Source of the DNA: an uncultured Candidatus Rokubacteria bacterium
Lineage (GTDB): Bacteria > Methylomirabilota > Methylomirabilia > Rokubacteriales > CSP1-6
Reading direction: 5' to 3'
Length of the DNA stretch: 64,000 nucleotides
NCBI GenBank assembly: GCA_963789955.1
Contig: CAWBMV010000011.1
Span: forward strand, 1 to 64,000
Shown: positions 50,071 through 60,143 of the stretch, piece by piece
How the letters are laid out: each line of letters opens with the position of its first letter
How positions within the stretch are numbered: position 1 is the first letter of the stretch
Translations under genes and position numbers: made by a program
The notes under the pieces: generated by a model
Database searches by the model: none
Told to the model about the DNA's origin: nothing
What the model saw: only the letters and a program-made list of their open reading frames with translations

Positions 50071-50349
50071 GCTACTGCCCGTCGTTCCAGCACGAGCTCA
50101 AGCCCCAGCCGACGCCCTGTCCGCCGCGCAGGCCGGTCGCCACCCCGATCTGCTGCCGCCCCCAGTCGCACTGGGCCTGCGTCCCGAACGGTCCCTGGGT
50201 GGCCGCCGACAAGGCCCCGCCCGGGTATTGAGTCACGACCATGAACCACCAGAACGCCACGATCGCGCTGCGCTTCGCGTTCATCTTCCCTCCTCGAAAA
50301 TCGTCCGCCGAGGTTCTACGCTGGATGAGCGTCACAGTAGCACTGGGTC
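50071..50349. repeat. 279-bp direct repeat, copy 2
   Basis: About 96% identical to 44569-44847. Confidence 0.95.
50072..50284 (-). CDS. 70-aa hypothetical microprotein, copy 2
   Basis: Same RBS and ORF as copy 1, with 3 aa differences. Confidence 0.7.
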   Translation of the reverse strand: MNAKRSAIVAFWWFMVVTQYPGGALSAATQGPFGTQAQCDWGRQQIGVATGLRGGQGVGWGLSSCWNDGQ

Positions 50350-50437
50350 GCACAAAGTCCGGGACTCGCGCGCGACGAACGTGCGACGATTCCGAACGGC
50401 CGGGCACTACGACGACGGCCTGAATCACGGAGGGCAC

Positions 50438-51007
50438 ATGGCACGACCGCGCGCTCGTCTGATCATGCACCGGTCTCCCGCGCTGTGGCTGCTCTTGCTG
50501 ATGCTCCTCGTTCCGCTGACGGGCTGCTCGGTCCGTCTGATCCAGCCGTATGACGACGCGATCGAAAAGACGGTCTCGGATTTCTACGAGGAGTTCCTGC
50601 GGTTCACGACCGTGGTGGGCCGCACGCGGGGCACGTACACGGACAACCGCGAGTTCTACGACAAATGGCAGCCGAAGCTCGCGACCTTGACCGCGCGCGC
50701 CATGACGGCCAATCCTTCGGGACGATGCCCGAGCACGGAGACCTACGGGGGACTGCTACCGCAGGGCGTGACCGCGGCGCGGTCCGCCGCGACGCCGTCG
50801 GGCGTCCGGGTTGACACCGCGCCGGCCGGCGACTGCACCGCGCAGCTCCTGCAGCTGCTCGAAGATCAGTTCGACGATTTCGCGAAATTCCACGCCGCGC
50901 AAGGCACCCTGGGCCTTCCGCCGGAAGCTCGCGCGCCGCGCGAGCTGGTGCTGACCTCGGTGCGCGCGGTGCTGTACGTGGAGCTCGCCAAGAAACAGGG
51001 AAAGTAG
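50438..51007 (+). CDS. Hypothetical lipoprotein
   Basis: RBS GGAGGG; lipobox LTGC; helical body with two additional Cys. Confidence 0.75.
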   Translation: MARPRARLIMHRSPALWLLLLMLLVPLTGCSVRLIQPYDDAIEKTVSDFYEEFLRFTTVVGRTRGTYTDNREFYDKWQPKLATLTARAMTANPSGRCPSTETYGGLLPQGVTAARSAATPSGVRVDTAPAGDCTAQLLQLLEDQFDDFAKFHAAQGTLGLPPEARAPRELVLTSVRAVLYVELAKKQGK

Positions 51008-51025
51008 CCAGGGAGGGCACCGGTC

Positions 51026-51361
51026 ATGGCGCTGGACGCAGACGCACTGCTCTCGACGATGTCCCAGGCGGCCGCGAACGCCTTCGGGCAGGTGTGGAAG
51101 GACGTGAAGAACTACACGATTCCCGAGCTACGAAAGCTGGCCGGCACCTTCGTCGACATCGAGCTGGGTCTGTCGGCCCGCCCGCCGTACTACACGAAAG
51201 AGAGCGCCGACATTCTCTTTCGGATGCAGGTGCGGGCGACCGAGTCGATCCTGACCGCGACGACCGCGCTCACGATGATGGCCGTCGAGAAAGCGCTGAA
51301 CGAGATCCTCGCCGCGGTAAAGGTCGCGATCAATCAGGCGGTGAAGTTCGCGCTGGTGTGA
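51026..51361 (+). CDS. Hypothetical alpha-helical protein
   Basis: RBS GGAGGG, 18 bp after the lipoprotein; GC3-biased codons. Confidence 0.75.
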   Translation: MALDADALLSTMSQAAANAFGQVWKDVKNYTIPELRKLAGTFVDIELGLSARPPYYTKESADILFRMQVRATESILTATTALTMMAVEKALNEILAAVKVAINQAVKFALV

Positions 51362-51440
51362 TCACGACGCGGCACGATGACTGACGCGGTGTCGGAGCCG
51401 AGCACACGTCTCGGCCCCGACACCTTGCCGTTCGAGCAGC

Positions 51441-51587
51441 CTATCGGGTCGGCGCTGGGGTTACCGCGGCGGAAGGCGCCGGCGCGGAGGAGTTGCCGAG
51501 AACCATCGGCCGTTTCGCGCACGCCGAGAGCCCCGTGAGCAACGTGACCAACGCGAGCCCGAGCACCACAGATTTCAGAGTCTTCAT
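51441..51587 (-). CDS. 48-aa lipoprotein not in the ORF track
   Basis: AAGGAGG RBS; MKTLKSVVLGLALVTLLTGLSAC-AKRPMVLGNSSAPAPSAAVTPAPTR*. Confidence 0.7.
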   Translation of the reverse strand: MKTLKSVVLGLALVTLLTGLSACAKRPMVLGNSSAPAPSAAVTPAPTR

Positions 51588-51674
51588 CGCCATCCTCCTT
51601 CTTTTCGTGAACTCATGTAGTTCTTACGCGAACGTTCTGTCTTTTCGCGCAATGTGCTTCTGCCGGCTCTCAAG

Positions 51675-51691
51675 TGCAGGGGCGGTGCCAG
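51675..51691 (-). promoter_or_regulatory. Putative sigma54 promoter for the 48-aa lipoprotein
   Basis: CTGGCACCGCCCCTGCA (TGGCAC-N5-CTGCA). Confidence 0.55.
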
Positions 51692-51851
51692 CCCCCCAAA
51701 GCGTCCGGGAATTGCTGGCTTAGGGCTCGCTCGGCCCTCGTTCGGCTTTCCGGAAGTGACAACCAGGGGCCGCTCGCTGACGAAGGGCGTCAGCCCCGGT
51801 GGAGGGACGGACGTACATGAGGTAGCATCACGCTCTCGGGGGAGAGACATC

Positions 51852-52781
51852 ATGCGCATCGTCGTCCACGGTCAGCAGGCATTCGGCAAGAGCGTGCTCG
51901 AGGCCCTACTCGAACGCGGCGAGAACGTCGTCGGCGTCTACTGCGCCCCCGACCCAGCTCAGGGAGGCCGCGTCGATCCATTGAAGGAGGCCGCGCTCGC
52001 CCGCGGTCTCCCCGTTCACCAGCCGCGGACGTTTCGCAATAAGCCCGAAGTGTGGGAAGAGTTCGCTCGGCTGAAGGCGGACCTGTGCGTGATGGCCTAC
52101 GTGACGCTCATCGTGCCCGAAGAGGTGCTCAATCAGCCCACGCGCGGCACGATCCAGTACCATCCTTCTCTGCTTCCGCGCCATCGCGGGCCCAGCTCGA
52201 TCAACTGGCCGATCATCATGGGCGAGACGCAAACGGGGCTGAGTATCTTCTGGCCCGACCAGGGTCTCGATACGGGGCCGATCCTTCTCCAGAAGGAAGT
52301 CGAGATCCGAGACAGCGACACCCTGGGCAGCCTCTACTTCGACCGCCTCTATCCGCTCGGCGTCGCGGCGCTGCTCGAGGGCGTCGATCTGGTACGCGCC
52401 GGCACCGCGCCGAAGATCGTTCAGGACGAATCCAAAGCGACCTACGAAGGCTGGTGCAAGAAGGAACACGTCCAGATCGACTGGCAGAAGCCGATCCAGA
52501 CGATCTGGAATCTCATTCGCGGCGCGGACCCGCAGCCGGGCGCGTGGACGACCCACGAGGGAACGACCGTGCAGATCCTCGACGCGAAGAAGCTCGCCGG
52601 GGCCACTCAAGGCCAGCCGGGAGAAGTGCTCGCCATCGACGATGCGGGGATGACTGTCGCCGTGGCCGGCGGCCAGATCCAGGTCACGCGCGTGCGGCCC
52701 GAGGGCGGGCAGAAAGTCGCCGCGGCCGCCTTCGCCAAGACCGCGGGGCTGCGCGCCGGCGTACGACTGGGGGCGAAGTGA
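51852..52781 (+). CDS. Formyltransferase-fold protein (Fmt family, 10-formyl-THF hydrolase-like)
   Basis: GQQAFG, IQYHPSLLPRHRG, SIFWPDQGLDTG, ATYEG, NLIRG.DPQPGAW. Confidence 0.85.
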   Translation: MRIVVHGQQAFGKSVLEALLERGENVVGVYCAPDPAQGGRVDPLKEAALARGLPVHQPRTFRNKPEVWEEFARLKADLCVMAYVTLIVPEEVLNQPTRGTIQYHPSLLPRHRGPSSINWPIIMGETQTGLSIFWPDQGLDTGPILLQKEVEIRDSDTLGSLYFDRLYPLGVAALLEGVDLVRAGTAPKIVQDESKATYEGWCKKEHVQIDWQKPIQTIWNLIRGADPQPGAWTTHEGTTVQILDAKKLAGATQGQPGEVLAIDDAGMTVAVAGGQIQVTRVRPEGGQKVAAAAFAKTAGLRAGVRLGAK

Positions 52782-54478
52782 GCGGCGACGGTCCCCGCGG
52801 ACTCGCGCGCGGCCTCACCAACTACGGCGACGCCGACTTCGCGCTCTACCTGCGCCGCTCCTTCGCGACCTCGATGGGTTACTCGAAGGCCATGCTGGCG
52901 CGGCCCGTCGTCGGTATCGCGCAGTCGGCGAGCGGCTTCAACAACTGCCACCGGCACTTTCCCGAGCTGATCGACGCCGTGAAGCGGGGCGTGCTCGCCG
53001 CCGGCGGGCTCCCGATCGATTTCCCGACGATCTCGCTGGGCGAGGTGTTCCTGTCGCCGACGAGCATGATGTTCCGCAACCTCATGGCGATCGACGTCGA
53101 GGAGATGATCCGCGCTCAGCCAATGGACGCCGTCGTGCTGGTGGGCGGCTGCGACAAGACGGTGCCGGCTCAGCTCATGGGCGCGGCGTCGGCCGACGTT
53201 CCGGCGGTTCAGCTCCTGGCGGGCCCGATGATGCCGATGGCGTACCGCGGCGAGCGGCTCGGAGCGTGCACGGATTGCCGGCGCTTCTGGGCCAAGTACC
53301 GCGCCGGCGGCGTCAGCGCGGAAGAGATCGAGCAGATCGAGTCGAACCTGGCCACGACGGCGGGCACCTGCGCGGTGATGGGCACCGCCAGCACCATGGC
53401 TTCGATCGCCGAGGCGCTCGGGATGGCGCTACCGGGCACCGCGGCGATTCCCGCGGTGCACGCCGATCGGCTGCGTGCCGCCGAGGCGAGCGGGCAACAG
53501 GCCGTGGCGCTGGCCTCGACGCGTCTGAGGCCCAGCCAGATCATCACGCAGCGCTCCGTCGAGAACGCGCTGCGTGTGCTCCTGGCGATCGGCGGCTCGA
53601 CGAACGCGATCATCCATCTCACCGCCGTAGCCGGACGCGTGGGCGTTGAGGTGTCGCTACGGCGCCTCAACGCGCTGAGCGACGAGACTCCCGTGCTCGT
53701 CGATCTGAAGCCGACCGGCCAGCACTACATGTCGGACCTGAATGCCGCCGGCGGCCTCGGCGCGGTGCTGCGCGAGCTGGCGCCGATGCTCCATCTCGAC
53801 TGCATGACCGTGACGGGCCAGACGCTCGGTCAGCGCCTCGCGGCGGAAGGCGCCTGGGTCGACCGCGACGTCGTGCGCCCGCTCGCGGATCCGTACCAGA
53901 AGGTCGGCGGACTCGTCGCCCTCTTCGGGAGCCTGGCGCCGGGCGGCGCGATTCTCAAGCGCTCCGCCGCCGACCCGGCGCTCTTCGAGCGAGAAGGGCG
54001 TGCGGTTGTGTTCGCGTCGCTCGACGATCTCGCGGCGCGGATCGACACGCCGGACCTCGACGTGCGGCCGGACGACTTCCTCGTGCTGCAGAACGCCGGG
54101 CCGAAGAGCGGCTACGCGATGCCGGAGGCCGGCTATTTGCCGATTCCCTCGAAGCTGGCGCGTGCCGGCGTCAAGGACATGGTGCGAATCTCCGACGCGC
54201 GCATGAGCGGGACCGCCTACGGTACGATCGTCCTGCATGTCTCGCCCGAGTCGGCCGTCGGCGGGCCGCTCGCGCTCGTCAAGAACGGTGACCGCATTCG
54301 CCTGAGCGTCAACGAGCGCCGGCTCGAGCTCGCCGTCGACGAGGCCGAGCTCGCGCGCCGGCGCGCGGCCCTCCCGCGTCCGGCGACGCCTCCCGCGCGG
54401 GGCTACGCCAAGCTCTACATGGATCACGTGCTCCAGGCCGAGCACGGCTGCGACTTCGACTTCCTGCGAAAGGCGTGA
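52778..54478 (+). CDS. IlvD/Edd family dehydratase
   Basis: NNCH, GGCDKT, GTCAVMGTASTM, GGSTN, DARMSGT. Confidence 0.93.
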   Translation: MSGDGPRGLARGLTNYGDADFALYLRRSFATSMGYSKAMLARPVVGIAQSASGFNNCHRHFPELIDAVKRGVLAAGGLPIDFPTISLGEVFLSPTSMMFRNLMAIDVEEMIRAQPMDAVVLVGGCDKTVPAQLMGAASADVPAVQLLAGPMMPMAYRGERLGACTDCRRFWAKYRAGGVSAEEIEQIESNLATTAGTCAVMGTASTMASIAEALGMALPGTAAIPAVHADRLRAAEASGQQAVALASTRLRPSQIITQRSVENALRVLLAIGGSTNAIIHLTAVAGRVGVEVSLRRLNALSDETPVLVDLKPTGQHYMSDLNAAGGLGAVLRELAPMLHLDCMTVTGQTLGQRLAAEGAWVDRDVVRPLADPYQKVGGLVALFGSLAPGGAILKRSAADPALFEREGRAVVFASLDDLAARIDTPDLDVRPDDFLVLQNAGPKSGYAMPEAGYLPIPSKLARAGVKDMVRISDARMSGTAYGTIVLHVSPESAVGGPLALVKNGDRIRLSVNERRLELAVDEAELARRRAALPRPATPPARGYAKLYMDHVLQAEHGCDFDFLRKA

Positions 54479-54508
54479 CGCGCGCCGCCCCGCGTCGTCG
54501 CTCGAGAT

Positions 54509-55738
54509 TTAACCGGGCGAGGCGCCCTGCGTGGCGACGTAGAGCGCGTACAGGGACTGGCTCGCGGCCATGAAAAGGCGGTTCCGCTTCGGACCGCCGA
54601 AGCAGATGTTGCCGCACACCTCCGGCAGGCGGATGCGGCCGATCAGCTTGCCCTCGGGCGTCCACACCGTCACGCCGCTGTAGCCCACGGCGCGTCCGGC
54701 GTTGCTCGAGACCCACAGATTGCCGTCGACGTCGCAGCGCACACCGTCGGGCCCGCACTTCACGCCGTCGACCATGAAGTCGCTGAACAGCTTCCGGTTC
54801 GACACCTTGTTGTTGCTGCCGACGTCGAACGAGTACATGTCGCCCTTGCCGCCGGGCCCCTGGTCGCCCGGACCCTTGCCGGTGCTGATCACGTAGAGCT
54901 TCTTGTAGTCCGGCGACAGCGCGAGCCCGTTCGGATCGGGGACCTGATCCTCGCCGACCACGAGCTCCACTTTGCCGCTCGGGTCGACGCGATACACGTT
55001 CGTCGGCAGCTCACGCTTGTTGTCACCGATGCCGACCGCCTGGCCCAGCTTCGACTTGAGCCGGCCCGCCGCATTGCTCGGCCCGCCGGCCGCGTCGGGC
55101 GCGCCCTCGTAGAGCTGCCCGCCGTACGGCGGGTCAGTGAACCAGTACGAGCCGTCCGGATGCGGCACGACGTCGTTCGGTGAGTTGAGCCGCTTGCCGT
55201 CGAACCGATCGGCGATCACCGTGATCGAGCCGTCGTTCTCGTAGCGGACGACCCGGCGGGTCAGATGTTCGCAGGACAGCTGGCGGCCCTGGAAGTCGAA
55301 CGTATTACCGTTGCTGTTGTTCGACGGCATGCGAAAGACCGTCACCCGGCCGTTGTCCTCGAGCCACCGCATCTGCCGGTTGTTCGGGATGTCGCTCCAC
55401 ACCAGGTACCGCCCCTGAGCGCTCCACGCCGGGCCTTCCGACCAGAGCGCGCCCGTCCACAAACGCTGGACCGGCGCGTTCGGCTGACGCAGGCCGTTGA
55501 ACAACGGATCGATCGTGAGCACGTCGGGATCCGTGAAATAGACGTTCGGCGGCGCGGTCGGGCCGAAATCGCGCGGCGGGGTGGTGACGGTGCTCGGCGG
55601 AGCCATCGGTGCCGGCGTCTGCGCCCCAGCGATGCGGGGCGCCAGCGCGACGGCACCGGCCGCGACACCGGCCGTCTTGAGCAGCACGCGTCTGGATATC
55701 CTGTTCGCGTCGTCTCGTTCGCGTGCTTCGCTCGCCAT
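54509..55738 (-). CDS. SMP-30/gluconolactonase family protein with Tat signal
   Basis: SRRVLLK Tat motif; WSEGPAW, LNSPND, PNGLALSPD, PDG...DVDGNLW. Confidence 0.9.
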   Translation of the reverse strand: MASEARERDDANRISRRVLLKTAGVAAGAVALAPRIAGAQTPAPMAPPSTVTTPPRDFGPTAPPNVYFTDPDVLTIDPLFNGLRQPNAPVQRLWTGALWSEGPAWSAQGRYLVWSDIPNNRQMRWLEDNGRVTVFRMPSNNSNGNTFDFQGRQLSCEHLTRRVVRYENDGSITVIADRFDGKRLNSPNDVVPHPDGSYWFTDPPYGGQLYEGAPDAAGGPSNAAGRLKSKLGQAVGIGDNKRELPTNVYRVDPSGKVELVVGEDQVPDPNGLALSPDYKKLYVISTGKGPGDQGPGGKGDMYSFDVGSNNKVSNRKLFSDFMVDGVKCGPDGVRCDVDGNLWVSSNAGRAVGYSGVTVWTPEGKLIGRIRLPEVCGNICFGGPKRNRLFMAASQSLYALYVATQGASPG

Positions 55739-55822
55739 TGAGTGCCTCCTTGTTCGACGGGTACGGCTCGGCGCACGATGCGCGATCAGCGGCGCGACCG
55801 TATCAGACCCGAAGCGCGACCG

Positions 55823-58145
55823 TCAATCGCGCGCTGCGGCGCGCACGCGGCGCCAGAGGCGCTCGCGCGTCAGCGGCATCTCGCTCACCTCGACGCCGAG
55901 CGGGCGCAGCGCGTCGGCGACGGCATTGGCGATCGCCGCGGGCGCCGGAAGGGTGCCGCCCTCGCCCGCGCCCTTGATGCCGAGCGGGTTCAGCGGGGAC
56001 GGCGTCACAACGTGATGCACCTCGAGTGACGGCACGTCGGTGGCGCGTGGCAGCGCGTAGTCCATCAAGGTACCGGTCGCGAGCTGCCCGGCCGGGTCGT
56101 AGACGATCTCTTCGATCAGGGCGTTGCCGATCCCGTGAGCGATGCCGCCGTGGATCTGGCCCTCGACCACCAGCGGGTTGATCATCACGCCGCAGTCGTC
56201 GACGGCGACGTACCTGAGGATGCGCACGGTGCCGGTTTCGGCCTCGACCTCGACGACCGCCGCGTGCGCGCCGTTCGAGTACGTCGACTGCGGCACGTGG
56301 ACATAGCCCGACGCCTCGAGCCCCGGATCCATCGCGCCGGGCAGCGCGTAGCCGGGTCGCGGCGCGGTCGCGATCGCCGCGACGTCGCCCAGCGCCAGAC
56401 CGCGGCCCGGCGTCCCGCGCACGGTGATGCGGCCGTCCTCGAGGGTGAGATCTTCCGGCGCCGCCTCGAGATGATCGGCCGCGACCGCGAGCGCCTTCTT
56501 GCGCACCTCCGCGGCCGCGTAGGCGGCCGAGGTGCTCGCCAGCACGCCGACCCGGCTCGCGAACGTCCCGACGCCGTAGGGAATACCGGCCGTGTCGCCC
56601 GGGACCACGGTGATCTGCTCGAGCGGAACCGAGAGCCCGTCGGCGACGATCTGCGCCAGGGTGGTCTCGTGCGCCTGCCCCTGACTCGACGTGCCCGAGA
56701 ACACGAACACGCGGCCGAGCGGATCGACGCGGACCCGGATGCCCTCATAAGGCCCCAGCCCGGTATCTTCGACGAAGAGCGCGAAGCCGATGCCGATCGC
56801 GCGTCCGGCGGCGCGGGCGCGCTCGCGCTCGGCCGCGAAGTCGGCGGCGCCGACCGCTTCGGCGACGCGCCTGAGACATTCGGGATAGTCCCCGCTGTCG
56901 TAGCGTCGCGGGCTGTTGTCGCGCGAGATCAGGCCGACGTCGTACGGGAACTCGTCGGGCTGGATGAGGTTGCGCATGCGCAGCGCCACCCGGTCGATCC
57001 CGAGACGCTCGGCGGCCAGATCGAGCATGCGCTCCATCACGAACACCGCCTGCGGGCGGCCCGCGCCGCGCACCGGGGTGACGGGCACACGGTTGGTGTA
57101 GACGGCGGTCAACGTCACCTCGTAGTTGGGCACTCGATACGGCCCGGGCACGCTGACCGAGGTGAGGATGGGCACGATGACGCCCCACGAGACGAACGCG
57201 CCGCAGTCGTGCACGAAGGTGTCGCGGACCGCGACGATCCGGCCCTCACGCGTGAGCCCGATCTCGACGTCGTGCCACTGGTCGCGCTCCTGCGTGACCG
57301 CCAGGAGATGCTCGCGCCGAGTCTCGACGAACCGGACGGGCCGGTCGAGCGCGCGCGCCAGGAACGGCACCAGGATGTCCTCGGCGTAGACGATCGCCTT
57401 GGGACCGAAGCCGCCGCCGATGTCCTGCGTGACGACGCGCACGGAGTGCTCGGGCATCGCGAGATAGCGCGCCAGCAGCCGGCGCAGGATCTGCGGCGCC
57501 TGCGTCGTCGACCACACGGTCACCTGCCCCAGATCGCCGTCCCAGCGCGCGGCGATCGCGCGCGTCTCCATGGCCATGCCGGCGCCGCGGTGCAGATGAA
57601 AGCGCTGGCGCAGCACCACCGGCGCGCGCGCCAGCTCGCCGGCGGCGTCGCCGACGCGCTGGGTGAAGCGCGACGCGACGTTGCCGCCGGGATGCACGCG
57701 CGGGCCGTCGGACCGCAGCGCGTCGTCGAGCGACGCGACCGCCGGCAAGGGCTCGTAGTCGACCCGGAGCGCGTCGAGCGCGTCCTCGGCCAGGGCCGCG
57801 CTCTCGGCGACGACGAGCGCCACCGGCTGCCCGGCGTACGAGACGATTTCCTGCGGCAAGATTTCGGGACACGCCGGGGCGATCAGGCTCGCGTGAGGCA
57901 CCAGCAGGGGCAGGCGCCCGAGCGTGGCCACATCCGACGGCACCAGAACGTGGACGACGCCGGGCCGGCGCGCGCGCCTCGGTCGGGTCGACGCGGACGA
58001 TCCGCGCGTGGGCGTGCGGGCTCCGGTGGACCGCGACGTGCAACAGGCCGGGATGGTTCACGTCGGCGACGTAGCGCCCGCGGCCCGTGACGAGCCGCGC
58101 GTCCTCGCGCCGGCGCACCCGCGCGCCGAACAGCCGTTCGCCCAC
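55823..58145 (-). CDS. Xanthine dehydrogenase/CoxL-like molybdopterin large subunit, frameshift near 57960
   Basis: RREDARLVTGRGRY, GGGFGPK, VRGAGR, QGQAHET, DCG..INP..VEGQIHGG, KGAGE. Confidence 0.9.
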
Positions 58146-58154
58146 TGCCCGGCC

Positions 58155-59219
58155 TCAGGCGCCGCGGCGCGCGACGTACAACGAGTTCGCCGGATCGACG
58201 CGCTCGAACAGCTGCACGTCGTCGAAGCCGGCCTCGCGCAGCATCCGGGTGGCCGTCTGGTGGCCCCACGCGGTGCCGAGCCCGGGGCCGCCGGCCGCGA
58301 GCGACACGCTCATGCAGTGCATCGTGCTCATCGTGTAGAGATACGGCGCCATCGGCACGCCGACGTTGTCGGCGAGCTCGCTCGAGGCCCACACGTCGAG
58401 CATCAGGAACATGCCGCCCGGGCTCAGCGCGGCGCGAATCCGCCGGAGCACACCGGCGGGATCGGCTTGATCGTGGATCGCGTCGAACGCGGTGACGAGA
58501 TCGAACGGGGCGGGCGTTTCGAGCTTCGCGACGTCCTGCACCACGAACGACGCGTTGTCGAGCCCGGCGGCGGCCGCGCGGGCCCCGGCGATCCCACTCT
58601 CGGAGATGTCGTATCCGACGAACGCGCTCTTCGGAAACCGGCGCGCCATCAGCGTGATGCAGTGCCCGGTGCCGCAGCCGACGTCGGCGACCCGAATGCC
58701 GGCCTCGAGCCGCGCGACGAGCCCCTCGGGCTTCCCGAGATACGCGCTGAACAAGAGCTCGTCGTAGCGCGGCCGGCTTCGCCGGTCCATGAGACCGGTG
58801 AAATCAGGCTGGAACACGCTGTACGGCACACCCCGGCCCGTCCGGAACGCCTCGGCAACGTCCGGGATGACGCGATTCAGGAGCGGGAACATCTCGACCA
58901 TGCTGGTGAGATTGCGCGTAGACGAGCCGGTGAGCGCGCTCGCGTGCTCGCGCGGGAGACGATACGTGTGCGCGTCGGCCGCGTACTCGACGACGCCGCC
59001 GCACACCATGGCGGCCAGCCATTCCCGGACGTAGCGCTCGTCGAGGCCGGCCTTCTCGGCGATCTCGGCGCTGGTGACAGCCCCGATCTGCGCCATCGCG
59101 TCGAACAGGCCGACCCGCCGGCCGACCTCGAGCATGAGGGAGACGGCGGCGCCTTCGAGGTGGCGAACCATGAGCTGGGTGAACGCCCTGGCCTTCGCCC
59201 GGTCGAACTCGCCCGCCAC
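58155..59219 (-). CDS. Class I SAM methyltransferase with N-terminal wHTH
   Basis: ERYVREWL, VADVGCGTG, FDAIHD, HCMSVSLA.GG.GLG. Confidence 0.9.
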   Translation of the reverse strand: MAGEFDRAKARAFTQLMVRHLEGAAVSLMLEVGRRVGLFDAMAQIGAVTSAEIAEKAGLDERYVREWLAAMVCGGVVEYAADAHTYRLPREHASALTGSSTRNLTSMVEMFPLLNRVIPDVAEAFRTGRGVPYSVFQPDFTGLMDRRSRPRYDELLFSAYLGKPEGLVARLEAGIRVADVGCGTGHCITLMARRFPKSAFVGYDISESGIAGARAAAAGLDNASFVVQDVAKLETPAPFDLVTAFDAIHDQADPAGVLRRIRAALSPGGMFLMLDVWASSELADNVGVPMAPYLYTMSTMHCMSVSLAAGGPGLGTAWGHQTATRMLREAGFDDVQLFERVDPANSLYVARRGA

Positions 59220-59245
59220 CGCCGTCCCCTCCTTACCGATTGTCG

Positions 59246-59998
59246 CTACACCGCCAGGTAGCCGCCGTCCACGGGCAGCTCGATCCCGGTGATGTACGAC
59301 GCCTCGTCCGAGGCCAGGAACAGTACGGCGTGAGCGACCTCTTCCACGCGCCCTTCACGCTTGAGCGGCACCGCCCGGAGCGACTTCTCGCGCCACGCCG
59401 GATCGGCCGACGCCTTGGAGGTGCGCATCGGAGGCAGGATTCCCGGATGGACGGAGTTGACCCGGATGCCGTACGGCGCGAACTGCACGGCGGCCGACTT
59501 GGTCATGATCCGCACCGCGCCCTTCGACGCGTTGTAGCCCATGTGGATGCGGTCCTGGCCGACGAAGCCCGAGATCGACGAGATGTTGACGATGGAGCCG
59601 CCGCCGGCGGCGCGCATCGCGGGCACCGCGTGCTTCATGCCGAGGAACACGCCCTTGGCGTTCACGTTCAGGAGGGTGTCCCACGCCGACGTGCTCAAGG
59701 TGTCCGGATCGAACGTGCCGCTGATCCCCGCGTTGTTCACGAGGAGGTCGAGCTTGCCGAATGCGGTCACCGTCGCCTTGACCGCGGCTTCCCAGTCCGT
59801 CTCGCTCGTCACGTCGAGCTTCACGAACCGCGCCTGGCCGCCGGCCGCGGCGATCTTCTCGACCGCCTGACGCGCCTCGAACTCGAGGATGTCGGCGACG
59901 ACGACCTTCGCGCCTTCGCGCGCGAAGATGGCGGCTTCGCTCTGCCCCATGCCGCTCGCCCCACCGGTGATGAGCGCGACCTTCCCTGCCAGCCTCAT
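59246..59998 (-). CDS. Short-chain dehydrogenase/reductase
   Basis: TGGASGMG, NNAG, YNASK, VDGG. Confidence 0.93.
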   Translation of the reverse strand: MRLAGKVALITGGASGMGQSEAAIFAREGAKVVVADILEFEARQAVEKIAAAGGQARFVKLDVTSETDWEAAVKATVTAFGKLDLLVNNAGISGTFDPDTLSTSAWDTLLNVNAKGVFLGMKHAVPAMRAAGGGSIVNISSISGFVGQDRIHMGYNASKGAVRIMTKSAAVQFAPYGIRVNSVHPGILPPMRTSKASADPAWREKSLRAVPLKREGRVEEVAHAVLFLASDEASYITGIELPVDGGYLAV

Positions 59999-60143
59999 GT
60001 GCCCCTCCCTTGTTCGACGGGCGCGTTCTCGTGGTGCCCGTGCGCGGGCCATCCTTCCGCGCCCGCCGAGTATCGCAGAGAGCCTCCACCGTGTACACTG
60101 CGGGTCGCCGCGCGCATCTCGCGGACCTATATAAGGAGCGCTC

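Noticed and set aside
55823..58145. Form I aerobic CO dehydrogenase
   Set aside because: Lacks the AYxCSFR motif and coxM/coxS neighbours.
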